From: Cyanobacteriota bacterium | GTDB lineage: Bacteria; Cyanobacteriota; Cyanobacteriia; Cyanobacteriales; Nostocaceae | Direction of reading: 5' to 3' | Length of the DNA: 64,000 nt | NCBI GenBank assembly: GCA_046045965.1 | Contig: JBJOKS010000009.1 | Coordinates: 32,001-96,000, forward strand | Shown: piece by piece, positions 61,287 to 64,000 of the stretch | How positions within the stretch are numbered: the stretch's first letter is position 1 | Layout: the number at the start of each line of letters is the position of its first letter | The notes under the pieces: generated by a model | The model's database searches: none | What the model was told of the DNA's origin: nothing | The model's input: only the letters and a program-made list of their open reading frames with translations | Made by a program: the position numbers and the translations under genes

Positions 61287-62576
61287 ATGAACAAAAAAGC
61301 CATTGCCACTGTTTTAATAACAGCAACTATCACAGGTGTAGGATTAATATCTATTATCCCCCTGATGAAAGCAGAAACTCCAGTGAAAATTATCTCTAAT
61401 CAAAGTGCAGAAGGTTATTATAATCGCGGAGATGCTTACTATAAACAAGAGAAATATCCAGAAGCTCTTGCTGATTTTAACCAAGCTATCAGTATTGATA
61501 AAAACTATGCCCAAGCCTATGTAGGACGGGGTAATGTATACAATAAACAAGAGAAATATCCAGAAGCTCTTGCTGAGTTTAATAAAGCTCTGAAAATTAA
61601 TCCCAACTTAGCAGAGGCTTATGTAGGTCGGGGTAATGTTTACACTAATCTAAAAAAATATGTAGAAGCAATAGTTGAACATAATCGAGCTATTCAGATT
61701 GATGAAAATTATGCACGAGCTTACAATGGTCGTGGAGTTACTTACATACGACAAGGAAAATATGCAGAAGCGATGGCTAATTTTAATAAAGCTATTAAAT
61801 TTGATCCTAAATTAAAAGAAGCTTACTTAAATCGGGGAATTGTTTACTTTTTACAAGACAAAGATGCAGAAGCAATTGCTGAATATGATCTAGCTATAAA
61901 GATTGATAAAAACTACGCACTAGCTTACTACTTACGGGGTAATGTTTACTCTCATCAAAATAAATATACACAAGCCATTAGTGAATACACTCAAGCTATT
62001 CAGATTAAGTCTAACTATCCAGAAGCTTACATTCGTCGTGGGTTAGCTTATTCCTCACAAAACAAATATCCAGAAGCAATTTCTGATTACACTCAAGCTA
62101 TTAAGTTTAAGCCCAACTCTACATTCGCTTACGATGGTCGTGGGTCAGCTTATATAGCACAACGAAAATTTTCAGAAGCTCTTGCTGATTTCAATCAAGC
62201 TATTAAAATTGATAAAAACTATCTTGAAGCCTATACTGGTCGAGGATTAGTTTATTTTTTACAAAAAAAATATCCAGAAGCAATTGCTGAATATAACCAA
62301 GCTCTTCAGATTGATAAAAATGATGCACTGGCTTACATTAGTCGGGGAGAGGTTTATAAAGAGCAAAGAAAATATACAGAAGCAATCACTGATTTCAAGC
62401 GAGCTATTGAAATTGATCCTAAATCTGCAATTGCTTATCACAATCGGGGTTTTATTTACGCCATAATAGGAAATCCAAAAGCCATTCAAGATTTACAAAA
62501 AGCTAAAGAATTATATCTACAACAGGGAAATATATTCGAGGCTGAAGAAGTACAGCAATTGTTAAATGGATTGTAA
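61287..62576 (+). CDS. Exported TPR-repeat protein (~11 TPRs)
   Basis: MNKKAIATVLITA signal peptide, then regular 34-aa AY.GRG..Y....KY.EA.A....AI repeats; no catalytic domain. The longer ORF start lies inside the repeat. Confidence 0.92.
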   Translation: MNKKAIATVLITATITGVGLISIIPLMKAETPVKIISNQSAEGYYNRGDAYYKQEKYPEALADFNQAISIDKNYAQAYVGRGNVYNKQEKYPEALAEFNKALKINPNLAEAYVGRGNVYTNLKKYVEAIVEHNRAIQIDENYARAYNGRGVTYIRQGKYAEAMANFNKAIKFDPKLKEAYLNRGIVYFLQDKDAEAIAEYDLAIKIDKNYALAYYLRGNVYSHQNKYTQAISEYTQAIQIKSNYPEAYIRRGLAYSSQNKYPEAISDYTQAIKFKPNSTFAYDGRGSAYIAQRKFSEALADFNQAIKIDKNYLEAYTGRGLVYFLQKKYPEAIAEYNQALQIDKNDALAYISRGEVYKEQRKYTEAITDFKRAIEIDPKSAIAYHNRGFIYAIIGNPKAIQDLQKAKELYLQQGNIFEAEEVQQLLNGL

Positions 62577-62607
62577 GAGGATGTTTTAAAAGTATCAGAA
62601 TTAATCA

Positions 62608-62645
62608 AGATCCCCCCAACCCCCCTTACAAAGGGGGGCTAAATT
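62608..62645. repeat. Half of AGATCCCCC element
   Basis: 38/38 identical to 57666-57703. Confidence 0.85.
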
Positions 62646-62734
62646 CTTCTTTAGCATTGCTTTACCCCTACCCATGCTGATTAATCAGATAAGTGTGAGA
62701 AAAAAATCACCTTTTGAGGAACTTGATAATAAAC

Positions 62735-62793
62735 TTGTGAAAATTTTCTCAACTTTGCAAACATCACCATAAAAGCTATTAAGATACAACTAA
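62735..62793 (+). promoter_or_regulatory. Putative promoter/operator copy 2 (TGTGA-N6-TCTCA, CRP-box-like)
   Basis: ttgtgaaaattttctcaa ... aaaagctattaagatacaactaa; same spacing as copy 1. Confidence 0.55.
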
Positions 62794-62819
62794 AGCTTAG
62801 TTCAGGAATTAAAAACATC

Positions 62820-63365
62820 ATGAATAAAAAACTGCTTACAACTGCTTTAATTACCGCATCTTTTGTAGTTATGGGAGCGATATTTCCCATTTCTGAAAGC
62901 AAAGCCGAATCTGATGTTAAGTTTATCTGCGGAAAAAGTTATGACCGACAGACAGCTAATAAAAATAAACGTTTACCGACAACCTTTGCTTGGACTAGCA
63001 GAGGTAAAACCGCCATTGTTCGCTGGGAAAAAAACTTTGGTAAATATTCTCCTGAAGAACGTTGTAAGTCAGTAGCTCCCCGGTTTCAAGAAGCTTATGA
63101 TAATGGGACTTTACAGATGATTACTAATGGTAAAGTGAATGGTCAACCTGTAATTTGTGCAGTTCGGGAATATGGAGATTCTTGTCAAACTGTGTTAATG
63201 ACATTGCGTCAAAAAGACAATCCTATCCAAATGCTGAACGACTTAAAAGACACTCTTAATGGTCGTGGTGTAGGTCCAGTTAAAAATAGTTCTGGGACTC
63301 CTCAAATTTACTATCAAGTCAATATGGATGAGTTTCTGCGTAACGCTCCTATAGAAAAGGAGTAA
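62820..63365 (+). CDS. COP23 domain protein, exported (paralog 2)
   Basis: Clearly similar to 57781-58320 (VKFIC, LPTTFAW, GKTA..RWE, RFQ.AYDNGT, QPVIC, SSGTPQIYY, EFLRNAP). Confidence 0.9.
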   Translation: MNKKLLTTALITASFVVMGAIFPISESKAESDVKFICGKSYDRQTANKNKRLPTTFAWTSRGKTAIVRWEKNFGKYSPEERCKSVAPRFQEAYDNGTLQMITNGKVNGQPVICAVREYGDSCQTVLMTLRQKDNPIQMLNDLKDTLNGRGVGPVKNSSGTPQIYYQVNMDEFLRNAPIEKE

Positions 63366-63396
63366 CAAAAAAATATTTATTCCCTCTTTTTTGCAA

Positions 63397-63903
63397 ATGA
63401 AAAAATTTTGTTTATCGCTGTTGGTAATTAACACATTTTTATTCTCTGTCAATTCACAATTATCAACAGCTATTTCTCCTCCTATAAACACCATTCAACA
63501 ACTAGAAAATAACTCAGATTCACAGCTAGATTTTAACACAAATGAGATGCAAATTATTGGAGATGAAATTCTGCTTAGTGAAAACTTGCAAAATCAACTA
63601 GAAACGGAAATATTAGAAGCTCAAAAAGAACTAGATAGATTATCTGCAAGTTTATCAATTCAATTTAATGACGATGTAGGGATTGTTTATTTTCACAAAG
63701 GACGGAACAATTGGGAGATTAAATTTACCTTTGGAGGATTGGTTTTAAATCAACCGCCAAAAATGATATTATCTATCAAAGAAATCTTTGCGTTAAAGGA
63801 GAGTTTTAATCAAATAAAATGGATAGAAGTTAAAGGTAAAAAATACGCCACAACTGGTTTAATGAGACAGATGGGACCGATATTACATAAAGAGGAATCA
63901 TGA
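63397..63903 (+). CDS. Exported hypothetical protein
   Basis: MKKFCLSLLVINTFLF signal-like start; about 30 bp after COP23; no recognisable domain. Confidence 0.6.
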   Translation: MKKFCLSLLVINTFLFSVNSQLSTAISPPINTIQQLENNSDSQLDFNTNEMQIIGDEILLSENLQNQLETEILEAQKELDRLSASLSIQFNDDVGIVYFHKGRNNWEIKFTFGGLVLNQPPKMILSIKEIFALKESFNQIKWIEVKGKKYATTGLMRQMGPILHKEES

Positions 63904-63916
63904 CAATCAAAATTCT

Positions 63917-64000
63917 TTAATCTTCATCACATTGTTCAACTAGCTGTGATCCATGTATAACAGCAAGAATATCAATTTGCTCAGATTTAATATAATAGAT
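63917..64000 (-). CDS. 3' end of a RelE/ParE-family toxin (partial, runs off window)
   Basis: Hand translation: ...IYYIKSEQIDILAVIHGSQLVEQCDED*, matching the typical IY...I.ILAV.HG ParE C-terminus. Confidence 0.7.
   Translation of the reverse strand: MYYIKSEQIDILAVIHGSQLVEQCDED

Noticed and set aside
1..64000. tRNA, rRNA, integrase or prophage genes
   Set aside because: None recognised by eye; no scan could be run.

Overview
This is a chromosomal window from a filamentous heterocystous cyanobacterium (Nostocales; Anabaena/Dolichospermum/Sphaerospermopsis-like). The assignment rests on psbH/psbN, a cytochrome c6-like gene, Tab2, COP23, about 20 HIP1 octamers (GCGATCGC, counted by eye) and heptameric STRR tracts. 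The backbone is housekeeping genes: ABC-2 transporter, ABC1 kinase, mannose-1-P guanylyltransferase, LCP/ConR-like, murJ, two MscS, cysQ, rbp-rpsU, rsmI, a second rpsU, pth, tatA, psbH/psbN, GH38 mannosidase and PmbA. Accessory modules sit within it: (i) an Rpn-like nuclease followed by a stand-alone copy of its C-terminal domain; (ii) a paired AAA_35 ATPase unit (AAA-GGDEF plus AAA-TM-WD40); (iii) an ABC/AAA_21 ATPase with a TOPRIM-like partner; (iv) an unknown protein plus an SF2/Z1 helicase next to Uma2; (v) the best candidate for an undescribed system, an HTH-AAA_35 gene divergent from six signal-peptide genes (protease-PPC, COP23, double protease-TPR, TPR, COP23, unknown), two of which share a promoter architecture with identical spacing. 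Three small genes absent from the ORF track were read by hand: rpsU2, psbN and a ParE/RelE 3' end. All family assignments come from motif recognition; no searches were run.
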